Source: Lama glama (taxonomy: Eukaryota). From it: a DNA stretch of 64,000 nt. The notes under the pieces were generated by a model that was not told the origin of the DNA, did not search any database, and worked only from the letters and a program-made list of their open reading frames with translations. The first letter of the stretch is position 1, and every line of letters begins with the position of its first letter. The position numbers and the translations under genes were made by a program. Location of the stretch: positions 33,356,001 through 33,420,000 of the forward strand of contig CM052821.1 in the NCBI GenBank assembly GCA_028534125.1, given 5' to 3'. Below are positions 49,490-63,060 of this stretch, piece after piece.

Positions 49490-50870
49490 ATTAAAAAATA
49501 TTTTTTAACTCTTGCTGGTGAATAGAAATGCAATTAACTTTTGTGTTTTAACTTTATATTTAGCAACTATTCTAACCTCATGTATTGATTTTATTAATTT
49601 AACTATAGATTCTTTCAGATTTCCTATTCATGTAGTCATACTGTCTGACAATAATGACAGCTACGTTTCTTCCTTTTCATTCTTAAAGCTTCTATTAATT
49701 TTTATTGGCTTATTTTATTGGCTAGGATATTTAATTTAATATTGAATAAAAGTGGTGATAGGAGGCATCATTGTCTTGTGCCTTGTCTCAAAGAGAAAGT
49801 TTTTGTATTGCACCATGAAGTGGGAATTCTTGAATCCTTGGTTTGGTGTTTTCGGCCATTAGCCTTTAAATATTGCTTCCGTCTCATCTGGTCTTTATCT
49901 TTTTCATGAATCCTGCTGTATGTTAGAGTTTATTACTGTTATCAGTTCTGTCTCTTTCCATCCTTTTATGTCTCATTTTATTCTGAATATTTCTTTTGAT
50001 CTAGTCCTAATTTCACAAATTTCCTCTTAATCTCACCTAATCTGTTGTTAAATGCATCCACTGCATTCCCAAATTCAGTTGTGTTTTTCAATGAATTTAT
50101 AAAGCTTCTATGTGGCTCTTTGTTAATACTTTACAGTTCTCTGCCAAAATCCTCAATCTTGTCTTTTGTCTCCATCAACATTATAAATAGTAAATGCTGT
50201 ATTTTAAACTCTGTGTCTGATTAAGTCCAATACCTTGAAGTACCTGTTGCTTGATTTCTATTGTCTGTTTTTTCTGGTGCTTTTAATTTATGTGGTTTTA
50301 TTTCTCTTGTGCCTGGTTATTTTTGTTTTATTTAGGATATTGTGCAGAATTGTTTAGAGAAATAATCTGAGGTCTAGGATAATCTTACCTTTCTCTAAAG
50401 AGAATTAACATTTGCTCTGCCAAGTTTCTGACTGTGTTTGCAATATGGCAAGTTTTAGGTGTGGAAATGATGTAAAGGTGTCCTGCAGTTCCTTAAAGAC
50501 CTGTTTATTCTGGGTTCATCCTTAAGAAGTATCTTTCAGAGTCTCAACAGAGAGCAAGGAATGTTTACCAGGGCCCTCCTCCTTGGTGGATCCTGGCCCC
50601 AAACTTTGTCCCCCTTGCTCTGGCAGATTGTTAAAAGTACTCCAGCTTAGTTTCTCAGCTTCTCAGCCACTTTATCTGAAATTGGCATAAATCCCCAGGG
50701 GAAAAGTGGCCCCAAATGCAGAAATTTTCTTTCTGGGATTCTGCCTTTTCTTGCATCTTTATACATTTTCAGTGCTATGTTGGCTTTTCAATGCCTTCAA
50801 GTAGAAATATTTATATCATAGGACTTGTCCTCATTATGTAGTCTGCTATTACTGAAATCAGAATGTCTCT
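49490..50870 (-). mobile_element. Old L1/HAL1-type fragments
   Basis: tagaaatgcaattaacttttgtg...ggcatcattgtcttgtgcc (antisense ORF2), followed by a T-rich ORF1/5'-like antisense segment. Confidence 0.6.
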
Positions 50871-51619
50871 GTGTTCTTGACTTTTCATTTTAGATTTTTT
50901 TGTGCTCCACTCTCTATACTGTTTAAGGGAATGAATCTCTTGAAATTGACTGTATAGTCCTGATTTTTTTAAAAAAAAATCACTGCCATGTGAGTTGCTT
51001 GGATATCTAAAACCCTAGCTACTTAAAGTGAACAGAGTGATGGGGGTTTGTTGTAAAAATGGACTGGACATGTTCACACATACCAAAACACAGCTGGAAA
51101 AAGTTGTAAGACCAGTGTTGAAAATAAGCTGTTAAAAAGAAAAGCATCTTGTCAAATTAGACTTTCCTGTCACAAAAATATTTTATTCCTTTTCATTACA
51201 AAATACTGTTTACCAACATAGGTGTACTGATGTTGGCTTTTCTGCTTAGAAAAAGAAGACTATAATATCATATTTGTATTCCTTAGCAACTCTAAAATAA
51301 CACATCATAGCATATTAATAGAAGAAAAATAGCAAATTGATTAAGGGACAAGTTTGAGCTTCACATTTCCTTTGGATTTTTAAAAATAACAGCCAGTGGA
51401 GAAAAAAATATAACATTTTTTGGTAAGTTCCCTTTTAAGGTTTTTATCAGAAATAACTATGGACAGGATTTATGCCAAACAGAAAGGTATCCTGTTAACT
51501 CTGAGACATACAGTAAAAACAAAAATAAATACTAAATGGTGAAAATAATTGTTTCCCTAGGACTAATAATATATTTTTGTTTCCAGTTATAAACAATGGA
51601 TATAGATGAGGCTCTATCA

Positions 51620-52045
51620 AATCCAGAGTGATTTTTTTCCTAAACAATGCAATTCAAATCAGTCCTACAATGGACACCAATTGCACCTAGAAGCAGAAAC
51701 TCAGTCATCATATGACTTTTAAGAAACTACCTAACCTCCATGCTTTGACCTCCACTCACCCTCTCCCCTCCTTCATTGGGTTTCATCACCGCCCGGCTTT
51801 CTTTGTATTCCTTGAACACACCAAGATTTATTCTACCATAAAATTTTGTACTTGTTGGTGTTTTTACCCAGAAGCTCTTGTCTTCAGCTTTTCTCTTCGC
51901 TGGCCTCATTTTTGTTGTTCAGGGTACAACTTCAATTCCTCAATTAGAACTTTTCTCACAAACAGTCTAAATTAACCTCCTCTTATCTCCGCTGCCCCTA
52001 GCTCAATCCCATTCTATCAGCTTGTTTCATTTGCTTCATAGCAGG
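51620..52045 (+). mobile_element. L2 LINE fragment
   Basis: ccagagtgatttttttcctaaac...ttccttgaacacaccaag. Confidence 0.6.
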
Positions 52046-52246
52046 AGCAAAATAAATCCTGGTACTAAGACTGTAATGAAGTTTCCAGTTACCATGACTA
52101 CCTTTAATCAACGTCTATATGTCTATATCCTGAATCTGGCTAAAAATGTGGACTGCTGTTATCTGGCATAGATTTTGGACTAATAATTAAATCCAGTTAT
52201 ATGAAAAGTCTACCACTCTCTACCAAGGGAAGATTCAGTTTTCACC

Positions 52247-52485
52247 TGTGGTAGGTAGAATTCTAAAATGGCCTCCAAGATTCCCACCCCTTGGAGTACG
52301 TACACTGTACATACCCAGCTTATGCCTATGAATATAAGGGGCTTCACTCCTGTGATTTAGGCTATATTATGTAGCAAAGGGGAAGGGATTTGGCAAATGG
52401 AATGAAGGTTCCACTTGAACTGACTTTGAGTTTATTCAGTAAGGAGATAATCCTGAGTGAGTCTGACCTAATCAGATGGGCAGCT
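52247..52485. mobile_element. MaLR LTR 5' part (MLT1D/E-like)
   Basis: tgtggtaggtagaattctaaaatggcctccaagattccc...ggagataatcctgagtgagtctgacctaatcag. Confidence 0.8.
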
Positions 52486-53716
52486 GCAAATTCGGAGCCT
52501 AAAACATGAACACGACCTACTTCTGTACCAAACACCTCAAGAATGTGAGTAAGTACAACAAATTTAACCATGTTAATTTCATGGTATTAGTGAAATCAGT
52601 CCTTCCAGAAAAATGAAGAACTCTTTATAATTTAATAAGCCCTTCCTAGTTTCCCTCTTTAAAGCTTATTTTTTAAGTATACCATGACCTCAAAACAGAG
52701 GTCCCTCAGGTTCTTTGTATCAATTGCAGTCTGCCAGTGTCTGTCACACGTAGTAAGGCCTCTTTAAACCTTATGTGATAAGAACAATGTGACATAGCTC
52801 CACAGACCTGGAGCCTGCAAAATAGTAGGCTAGGCCAAAAATCAATGAGGCTGAAGGTAATTGTGAATTTTTTTTTTTTGGAATGGTAAATGTTTTGATG
52901 GCAAGACTCTTGAAACTGTTCTGCTGATACAGTCACATATTTGTGTAAGAGACAGCAGGAGGTGGATATAGTGCTAGCCATTAGGTTGTGTTATGTTTAA
53001 AAGGAACATTAATTCTGTTGTTTCTGGTTTAAAAGTAAACTGTATCCACAATGCCTGCCGAGACTCCATCCGATGTTCCGCAATACCCACATTCATTAAG
53101 CACTTTATTGCCATCTATTCATTTCATCCCTTTGTCAAGCCCAGGCTCATTCCACAGCCACACACCCACCCAGCCCCCCGCCCTGTTCACCTTGAAGAAG
53201 GGGCGCATTTCCCTTCCGTGTGGCTTTTTTTGGGGGGGGGGCTGATTCCTAATTATTTTCCTGCATTAGTTGAAGCTGCTAGCAAAGTAGCTCCAAGAAC
53301 AGACTTAAGAGTGACAGATTTTGACTTTCATGTAAAATTATAAACGCGTGTCCATGGAAACAGAAAGGAAAGCAAAACCTGAGATTCCCTTTCTTTTTGT
53401 CTTGCCGTGTGGCACCATGAAAAATAACCAGTGGAAACAGTTGAGAACAATTACGTGTTGCAGCAAATCCAATATCCCAGGTGTCAGGAAGGCACCGTTC
53501 CACAACCTGCGGATTTTTGTCTACTGCTGAGGAGATGCGCTTAAACACCGTGCAGCCGCTATAAATCTCAATGTGCGATTCTAACCTATCATAACCTGAA
53601 AGCATCCGAATGTTAGGTTTTAAGAAATATTTGTTTGGCTAGAATGAATGTGACAGTTTTGAAATGACAAAGATGCATTTATCTGTGAATACTTTATTTA
53701 TTTATTGGTGTACTGC

Positions 53717-54151
53717 TGTGATGGCTGTGGAAATTTGCCATTGACATTTCCTTCAAGAGAAGCTGCTGGCAAAGCATAGTTGATGGAGACCCTCAGCTGC
53801 CCTCCCTTAGACTCCATCCTAGTGGCCATTTTTTTGATGGCTGTCCCCAGCCAATGACCAGATGGCAGGAAGATCTGGGACCTTTTTTAACAACCAATTT
53901 TGGCTCAGCAACTCCCCATTCATCTGGTGGAAACTTACACAGAATTGCCCTGAAGGCTGAGACTCCTCTACCCCATCCCCCTTCCTTCTCTCTTTCTTTC
54001 AAAAGTGTCACACCTGCATCTGGCAGTGGGAGCCTCTCCCTGGCTATGCCTGCTCCCTCCTCTTTATCCTTCACTGGTATTCCCCCAACAAATCTTTTGC
54101 ATGTCTCATCACACTGTGGTATCTGCTTTTCAGTGGACCTCAGCTGACACA
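53717..54151 (+). mobile_element. ERVL solo LTR (LTR16-like)
   Basis: TG...CA termini. 3' end cccccaacaaatcttttgcatgtc...gtatctgcttttcagtggacctcagctgacaca. Confidence 0.7.
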
Positions 54152-55694
54152 ATGGCCTTTTTCCAGAAAAGAATGTGAAATGGTTTATGTAGGGACCAGT
54201 AATACAATAAGAGATTTAAAATAGGCATGGACAATTAGGAAACGGGAAAATAAAGTTAAGAAAGCAGAATGGAGCCCAAAGGGGGTTGTTTACAGAATGA
54301 ATATTATATATGGGTCACATATTTGGCTCCAGGAGTCAAGTATATCTGCCAACAGAAATTGGAAACATGTGAATAATATAATTCCTATTTTACAATTTAG
54401 AATAATAACAAATAACCTATAGAAGATGTTGGGAAAAGAAAAATTTCTTACTGTCAAAGCAGTTTTGACCATGTCTTGATTATCTGTGTTAGGGACTTAT
54501 AGGAGGGGTATAGATACAGATAGCTCATGGTAATTTTAAGAAATCAGTTCCATCCGGTATTGGATACACAAGCATACATTGTGTAAATATATAATGTATT
54601 TATAGTAGATTTTCTTTTCCTAATGTTTTTCTTAGATTCATATTAACATTAGTTGGCATATATCCTAAATTTTAGGATGTGTGACAGTAGTGGGAAGAAA
54701 TGAAAATATCTTGTGGATCTTTCACAGTGGGAGCCTCATGATAGTTATTATTTGAGAATATGTTGGTACCAGCAGGCCCATCATGTCCTCACGGTTCTTC
54801 ATATAAGTCAAAGTGACCAATGTCATCTCAAGCCAATCTCGGCCTGAAACCCATGTCTGAACAAGTGTACTGTATATTCAGTGGTCATAAAAATAAACTA
54901 CTAATTAACTTCACTTATGCACAATATTGTATTCTACTCTGATGACTAACCTTTTACATTGTTTGTTGTGGAAAAGTAACTTTTTGTCAGCGAAGGCTCT
55001 GGGGTTAGAGTAGACACTAAGTTGAGCATAAGTCAGCACTGCAGTTTTGTTGAAAAAGGTCAAACACGACACTAGAATATATAAATATAAATGTGGAACC
55101 CTGCACGGACAGAATAACACTAAAATGCTCTCTAATAGGGAAGCAGAATAATAGTGCTTAAACACCACGAGCTGGAGTTGATGAAAGTTAGCCATCATTG
55201 TCATATTACCATCTTCATTTCTATCTATCAGCTCTTACTCTTTCAACCCTTTTTTAGGGGAACATAATTCAGGAAGTTTTAGCCAATTACTTTGAGCCAA
55301 AAGACAGGCAGACAGGCAGACTCAATCTACAGTTATTACAGTTGTCCCTCTAATACTTGTAAAATACAGTATAGCTATGATGATTGCTTGCTTCATTTTA
55401 TCTCCATTTAAAAATTATTAGCTCATTACCATATATAATCTTTGCTTTTTACCACCAAACACCATTCCAAGCTTGACTTGGGAGGTCTACTGATATCACA
55501 TAATGATGTATATTAACTAGAGTCAGTGTTGGAGCATTCAGATGATAGGTCATATGCTAAGCAGTACAATTTAGGGAGAATTCAGGAGTTACTCAGGAAA
55601 GAAACAGAGCTTGTTAAAGCGCCAGAAGATCTGTAAGAAAGGGAGATACAGAGCATTTTCCTGCTGGAGAAACCAGAATTCTAGCTAATATGGC

Positions 55695-56340
55695 TTTGAA
55701 AAAAATCAAGGTATCATTTACATACAGTCATATGCACCGATCTTAAAAGTTCCATGAATTTTTAAAGAGTGAACACACTCAGATAAACAGAATCCAGTTA
55801 AAGATAATACTGTGGTCCCAATAACCTAGAAACTTCAGTCATGCCCTGGCATTAAGTCATTAAGGTAGCCCTCAAAATAACCGTTACTCTGATTTCTGGT
55901 CATTGTAGACCATTTTTGCCAGTTTTTGAAACTTCCCTCTGTATAGTACTCACTTTCTTTCTTTCTTTTGTCCTAATTGCTTTAGTTCAACATTACAGTT
56001 GTAAGTTTCATCCATGTTATGTGTAGCAGAAATTAATTTTAATATTTATACAGAATTGCACTGCATGACTTACCCATTCCATTGATGAGGGACACCTGAG
56101 CTATTGCCAGGTTTTGGCAGTTATGAACAATGCTGCTATGAACATTCTTTTATATGTTTTTTGGTGCACATAGATACACTTTCCTATTGTGTTTATCTAT
56201 CCTAGATTATGTTCAGCTTTAATAGATACAGTTAGATAACTTTTCAAAGGAGATGTATCAACTTGCATGATAACCAGAAGTGTATGGCATTTTGTTTGCT
56301 CCATATGCCTATAGACGCGGGATATTGTCACTTTGCCACC
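55695..56340 (-). mobile_element. Old L1 (L1ME/MD-type) 3' end
   Basis: aaggtatcatttacatacag...ttatgaacaatgctgctatgaacattctt...gttcagctttaatagatac. Confidence 0.75.
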
Positions 56341-58814
56341 TTTAGCTCAGATCTAATACATTCCTTGTTAACCAGCTGCCATATTCATGAGACAGTGTTC
56401 TGAGATCAAGAAGATTTTGGAGATAGAAAAGATGGAGAAGAAATATTTAAAAGGTTATGAAGGGACGAGGACAAGCAATGAAGCAAAGGAGAGAAGGGAA
56501 GGATTACCTGAGTGAGCTGCAGAGAGACTCCATGTGCATTTTCGGCACCTTCGGAAGAAAACTTCTTCCACCTGATTTGAAGGTCTGATTCCTTGGGTTA
56601 CAAACCTATGATGATGGTGGAAAGGTAAGTAAATAAAAACAGTAAGCAAATGTAGAAAAAAAATTAATAGACCTTCTCTATATCTAAAGGTCTAGAAGGG
56701 AAGTAGTAAGTATTAAATATTTTGTAGTCTTATATATTTTCCCTGTCCGCTGCTTCCATCTAATGCATGTACCCAATATCTTTATGAAGTATTTTTGATA
56801 TCAAAAAAATTGGAGATGGAAAAGAGAAAAAGGTGATGTCTGATTCCTTCCTTTCCTTTCCTTTGTTCTTTCGCTTCAGACTTCCTTCAGGCTCACCTAA
56901 CACATCTTTTCTCTGGGGCGTGAAGTGAGGGTGTCAGAAGTGGTTCACCACTCTGTGAAATCTCAAAGGTCTGAGCTAAGCCATCCTCAAGAAGCTAAAG
57001 TACTGTTGGCTTATAATGGAGGTGACATGACACTAGATATCTTCTGGGCAAATGACTTTTTGTTGATTCTGTTCACCTAATCTTCTAGCTTTGAAGAAAA
57101 AAAACTTCTAGTTTAATGGCTTTTTGAAGGGAGGTTCCTAAAGGGTTAAAACCTTCCACATACTTAAAATTTATTGTTCACCTGAGTAATTTTCTGTTTA
57201 GTAATGCTAGCTTCAATAAAAAACTGGTAGGGAGAGAGACACCATTGAACATAGAGAAACCGTGTCTCTTTGGGTTGGCTTGCTAATTCTGTGCATCCCT
57301 CCCTCGCCCCCCACCCCCTCTGCTAGCCATCTGGAAGAAGGGAACAGGCTTCAAGTTAAATTTGGCGATTTATGAGGCAGAGGATACAGAGTTGCTCTGT
57401 TCATTTGAATTGAAAATTGGATCCAATTCTGGAGACTTCACGGTAAGCATCAACCTTCTGGATTGAGCTATAAATCTGGAAATGACTCTGTAACATTATT
57501 TGCTTTGATTTAATGGGGCAAAACGCTGTCTCACACCTAGCAAAAAAGCAATGGAGCAATAACACTTGAACTGCTGTACTTGTCATCTTTTCTTTCGGCT
57601 AAGAATGCCGAATAACTTTAAAATATTTTTTGCCCAAATTAGCAGTAAGTTGAACTGGTCTGATAACCTGGAATCTTTTCCAGGAAACTTCATTGGTGCT
57701 GTTCTCATTATGTTAGCAAGACACTGTCTCTGTTACTATCCTAAATTAGCTGACGGCATGATTTGTGGACTGAAAGTAAGGGGAAAGAGAGGCATACTGC
57801 TGCAAAGCAATTAATACAACATTGCAGAGAATGCCAAAACACACACCTTCTGCAATTACTATGACTTACTTAATCTCCTGTTAATATGTATTCTTATACT
57901 ACTTGGTACTGAAGGCTTGAGAATACTAATAATAATGTTGGTAAGAGCTGGACTTTCACCAAGAGCATTTTTTACTTTGCAAAAGCAATAATGTTAGAAG
58001 CTAAGTGGGTGTCTGTACTTCTTTTTGGCTCTCACAGAGAATTTTCCTCGGGCTACAGGAATATTGGATACTTATTTCCCAGGTAGAACATATCCAAGTA
58101 ATTAAGAAAATGGACCTAATCTATGAAAAATAGATCCACAGGCCAGCATGGGTTTAAATATTGGCTGGCTGAATAATCTCTCTTCCTCTTCCTCTTTCTG
58201 TTTTTTAAGACAATGTAGACAACATGGAATAGATAATGAATCCACTCTCTGCACGATGTTAACTTCTGCACCACCCAGAGTCCAAAGGCTAAAGGGGCAG
58301 TAGAGATCGTCTAGTTTAATCTTTCCTTTGTACGGATGAGATAATATGTGGTTCAAGAAATTAACTGGGGTTGAACCACACCACCTCTCTGCTATCTTTC
58401 AATCATCAGATTCTGTATGTAAGTCTATAAAATGAGTTGAACTAGAGATGAACAACCATTGACTGTCATTAGGTACATGTTGTAAGAGCCTATGGTTAGA
58501 GGAGTGGTTGCAGGAAATCCTTTTATTTCATATTTCATATCTTTTACTCTAAATGAGTTAAGGTCACTTTTCTGAGTGCAAAAAAATGAATGTGTGAATG
58601 AGAATTGGACCTTCTCACATAACATGTTATTTAACAATGAAATATCTTCCTAGCCATCTGGCCATCCACTAATTTACTTATTCAATAATCATGTACCATG
58701 TGCTTGACAAGGTGATGGTTGCCAAGGCTGCAGGGTAAACAATACAGATTCGGTCCTTGCCTTTGAGTGTGACACTTTGACCAGTGGGGACACAGATCTA
58801 CACAGACACGTATA

Positions 58815-59012
58815 ATATGTTCCATCAATCCTAAGGTACACATTCCGCTGCTGCCCCCCCGCCCCCCATATTTTAATGTATCTGACATCAGGACACATCC
58901 TAAAATTGAAAGAGTGTCATAGCTTAATTAATATCCTGTCTGTTCTCTTCGTGATATGTAATATAGTGGCGTGTCTAATAACTGCTGGCATTCTAAATTC
59001 GATGAACTATTG
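58815..59012. mobile_element. TcMar-Tc2 MITE (MER104-like)
   Basis: Degenerate inverted ends catcaatcctaagg / ctaaattcgatgaa, with internal ttttaatgtatctgacatcagg. Confidence 0.5.
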
Positions 59013-60116
59013 AATATATACATATGGCAAGAACTCTGAAGAAAAAGTGTTATAAGGGAGACTAGCTGGGAAACAACTTTGGATTGGTTGGTGTGGGAAG
59101 ATGTCCGGGCAAGGTGATGATTAAGCTTGAGGGAGGAGGAGGACCCGGCTGGGTGAGCAGAGGAGACAGGAGGATCCGAGGAAGAGAGAATAGACTTTGT
59201 GAATCCCAGGGTGGGAGACAGCCGGGCCTATCTGGGGACAGATGGAAGGCCAATGCTGCTGGACCATAGCAAGCAGTAGGGTCTTTCAAAAAGCCTGATT
59301 CTTTTAGTTTCTTGCAAATGTTTATTCTGGAAAGACCTCTTTCAGATCAGCTGTATTGAAGACTTTCCTTTGTGTTTCAGTCATTGTATGGGGCAGCAAA
59401 GGCTTGCATAGGCTCTGCCACTGCTTGGGAAAATCAGTCCAAATTTAACCTTTTTGTTTGAATGGTTTTTTACCTAAGTGTCAGGAGCACATACAATTGT
59501 AATTGAGCTGAGTAATTTGGCTTTTTTTAAAAGACTGATGTTACAAGGCGATGTTTCTCCTATTTTGGCTTTATTTTTCTTTGATGACTTGCCATTTTAA
59601 AGCAGATACAATATACCTTTTTAAATTGAAAGTCTTTAGGGAGAAGGATTATTGAAATTATGTGATTTTAACAGGAAAATAATTTTGCTTGCAACTGTAC
59701 GCACATAAGATAGTGTTAATAAAATGTGGTGGTTGTGTTAATGCAGTTGTAATTCACAGAGGCTCAACTGTGAAGAGCAAATACTTTTCTGCATAAAAAC
59801 AAAAGTAAAGAGTAACAAATAAAATTAAATGTAAATGTAAAAAATACCCTAAAGTCTAAAACAAAGTTTGCTCTTTTAAATAGGGAAACTGAAACCTGAT
59901 TTATAAGTAAGTTTGTTAGCAATTGTTAACTGCTACTATCTCCAGGATGAATGGCTACATATAGTCAAAGAGGCTAATCCACGTTAATGTAGTTTTATTG
60001 TAAAACATTTCTGAATCCTCTCCAGGATGAATTATATACCTCCTTCCTCTGTGTGTGATTGAACAATGATTGGTTTATCTCAGGCACATTTATACAGTAG
60101 TCTAAAACTGAAAGAA

Positions 60117-60220
60117 GGGGATGGGGGTATAGCTCAGTTGGTGGAGTGCGTGCTGAGTATGCACGAGGTACTTGGATCAATCCCCAGTACCTCCATTAAA
60201 AAAACAAAAAAACAAAAATG
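60117..60220 (+). mobile_element. Camelid tRNA-derived SINE (Vic-1-like)
   Basis: GGGGGTATAGCTCAGTTGGTGGAGTGCGTGCTGAGTATGCACGAGGTACTTGGATCAATCCCCAGTACCTCC plus A tail. Confidence 0.9.
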
Positions 60221-61519
60221 AGTAAAATCGAGAAACACTTTTCAATGATCAGATTTAAGGAATACATTCCCAAAAGAGCCACAAAGTATTGCATTACTTT
60301 ATCATATTTTAAAAATTGATTTTGAGTTTTTTTACACCACCACTAACAACCCCCCCCCACTTCCAACCCCAACCAAAACCTCTACATAAATAAGTGCTAA
60401 ATATCTTCACCACTTGACTCTCATCATTTTTTCCATGATTGTCTTCCAGGCATCTGTTTTGTGTTCCAATTTTGTTTTGCTAGAGGTAATTTTATATAGG
60501 CTTTTCTGAATGTTGCATCCACTTTAAAATCCAGGTGCATATTTGCATGAAAGCATTTACAGAAAATAAAGACGATCCTATGAAGAGGAGGAATGACTGA
60601 GATCTTTAATGAAAACAGTGCGGTTTCTTAAAAGAGTGGTTCGTTGCCAAATTAGATGTAGGTGGGGTCAGGTCTACCTCCATGTGTGCTGTGCTGAGGC
60701 TACTGAGAAGAAATTGTCTCTATGAAGATCCAACAATATTTAGAAACTAGCCGTAAACTCTGCTGTTTCCCAGGAAGTGCAGTAGTTTAACTGAAAACTC
60801 CTCCATTCTGCTGGGATTTAATTGACCACACATGGTGGAGAATGAGAGGGAAACTCAGCGGAATACATTCAGTTCCTCTGAGTAAAAAGTCATCCAACCT
60901 AAACAGGAAGGAGCAAAATGTGAACGCTAGAGGATGGAACAAAATTGCTCTAATTTCCAAGGTGGAAAGACTCAGATGGCTTTGTATTTTCTTTAAGTTT
61001 TTCACATAGAAATGGAAAAGCAGCAAAGCCCAGCTGAAAAGACTACATTTAAAATAAAATATGGAAAACTTTAAAAACAGAGCTCTGACAGTGAAAAGGG
61101 GGAAAATAACTCTTGAAATTTTACACTTAATAATTCATGTTTAATTCAAATAGAGATGATAAACGTGTTAAATGTGTAGTAACTGGCTAAAACCCTCATG
61201 TGACATCACATACATCAATTGTGACTGTGCACTTAGATTTAGAATCAAATTGTTCGATTATTTAACTAATATGAGTGCTTTTCATTGGGGGCTACTAGCA
61301 TTGCAAAATGGTGTTAATAGACCTGGTGAAACAAAGAAATTTAAAAAAGCTCCTAATGAGAATAGCAAAAGCAAGGCATTAAGTTCACAAGAGAACTAGC
61401 CACAAGTAAGCTGCTACTATAATGGGGTTTTTATAGATTAAAGACACATTTCCATACATGTATGAACCACTTTTCCTGTTAGTAGGTAGAGGATGAAGTA
61501 GAATACCAACACAGGAGTA

Positions 61520-61700
61520 ATATCATTGGTTTTCAGTCTTGTATCTGCCTAGCTTGTGACCTTGGGCACACCAGCATAACTTTCTGAACCATTGGTTTTT
61601 TATTTAAAAGAATGGAGAAGGATCAAAACATTTCCTGTGACACTTCCTATGAGATTCAGGTAAGAGAATGCATATCAGCACGTGGTAAATGTATCATTAA
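61520..61700 (+). mobile_element. MIR fragment
   Basis: tagcttgtgaccttgggca...aacttt. Confidence 0.5.
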
Positions 61701-62849
61701 AGCATCAATATCAATAAAGAGATACGTTATCACTATTATTATTGTTGTGCTAAAAATTTATGATAGGCAGAAAAGTGTTGACCTACAGTGCTGGCTTCTA
61801 CTGCTAAAACAAGTCCATGTTTCTTTCCAGGCCTCCAAGAACTGCCAAACTCTATCGTTCACATTGGTCTTTCCAAAAGGTGATGACGAAATCATTTAAG
61901 TTAGACAGCCAAGAGTTAGCTCTGAGAATTAATTTTGGCTAATTGTACTCAAGATATTTAAGTTTGTCAACAGTTTTTGTTCTCCCAAATGTTTCATAAG
62001 GTTAGGAATTTAAAAAAAGAGAGGTCTTCTTGATACAGTCTTTCCTTCTTTTCCCTTTGGGAAACATCACTTTGCTTCACTGCCTTCATGCCGAAGTTGG
62101 CCAGGCTTGCAGTCTGGGAACAAACACAGAAAAGTCCCTCCCTGACTGTAAGGAAAGAACACCCCAGGGAACTGATTCCTCCCATCCTAGTCTCAAAGGC
62201 CAGATGGGCTCTAGACAAATCCTGAGAGTGCAGGCAGTCTGGGGTAGTGAGGGTCAGCTGTGGTGCTGGAAAGTCCCTCTCTGAAAGACACGTGGGGTAT
62301 CCAGAGTTTGGGGGCAGAAGAGGTCAGAAATGGGACTAACTTGGTGGATTTTGGCTTGTGTTCCTACAGACAGAAGCGTACTGCTTCTTAAGGAGCCAAA
62401 CTCCAAGGGTCGCTGATTAGTGGGCTTCATGGTACAGGTAAGGTTACTAAGTTGCATTGGTTCCCATAACTTTTGTTGCACACCTTATGTTTACAGAAAA
62501 GCTCTTTTCCAACAAGTTCTTTTCATTGGGGGATTATTGTCAATTAACTGAGCATGACAGGGAATGAAAAAGATTTTTTGTTTACTCTAAGGCCAAAGAT
62601 GCAGACTCAGGAGGATGTGGTGAAAGATTCTACTTCCTGTCTATTCAAAGAATGTGAATAGACAGTTTACATAATAGAAAATCCGGTAGGCTCACATGTG
62701 GCAAATCATATACAGCCTTGTTCGCAAATAACAAAATGCAAAATGAAACAAGTTATGGCATATTTGAAAGTAGATTAAACTCACCAAAGTAAACAATGAG
62801 AAAACTCTAAAATTGAATTCTTTCTGGAGATCAGTGTGTCTAGGCTATG

Positions 62850-63060
62850 TGCTATGGTGGAAAAAAGCTATTACATTTGGAATGTGAAATCTTAAATTTG
62901 ACCTAAACCATAGACAAGTTATTTACCCCTTTGAAGTTCCATTTTTTTTCTCATCTTTAGAAGTGTGAATAATAGTATCTATCAATCTTATTATAAGGTT
63001 TATAACAGATTCAAATAAGTGAATGGAAGAAATTTTCAAATGGTAAATCTGTGTATAAAT
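62850..63060 (+). mobile_element. MIR fragment
   Basis: gacaagttatttacccctttg...tctcatctttagaagtgtgaataatagtatct. Confidence 0.55.

Noticed and set aside
59685-59755. Possible hairpin RNA or ancient palindromic element (gcaactg...cagttgt)
   Set aside because: Pairing is short and imperfect, and I cannot support a pre-miRNA or repeat family without folding or a search.
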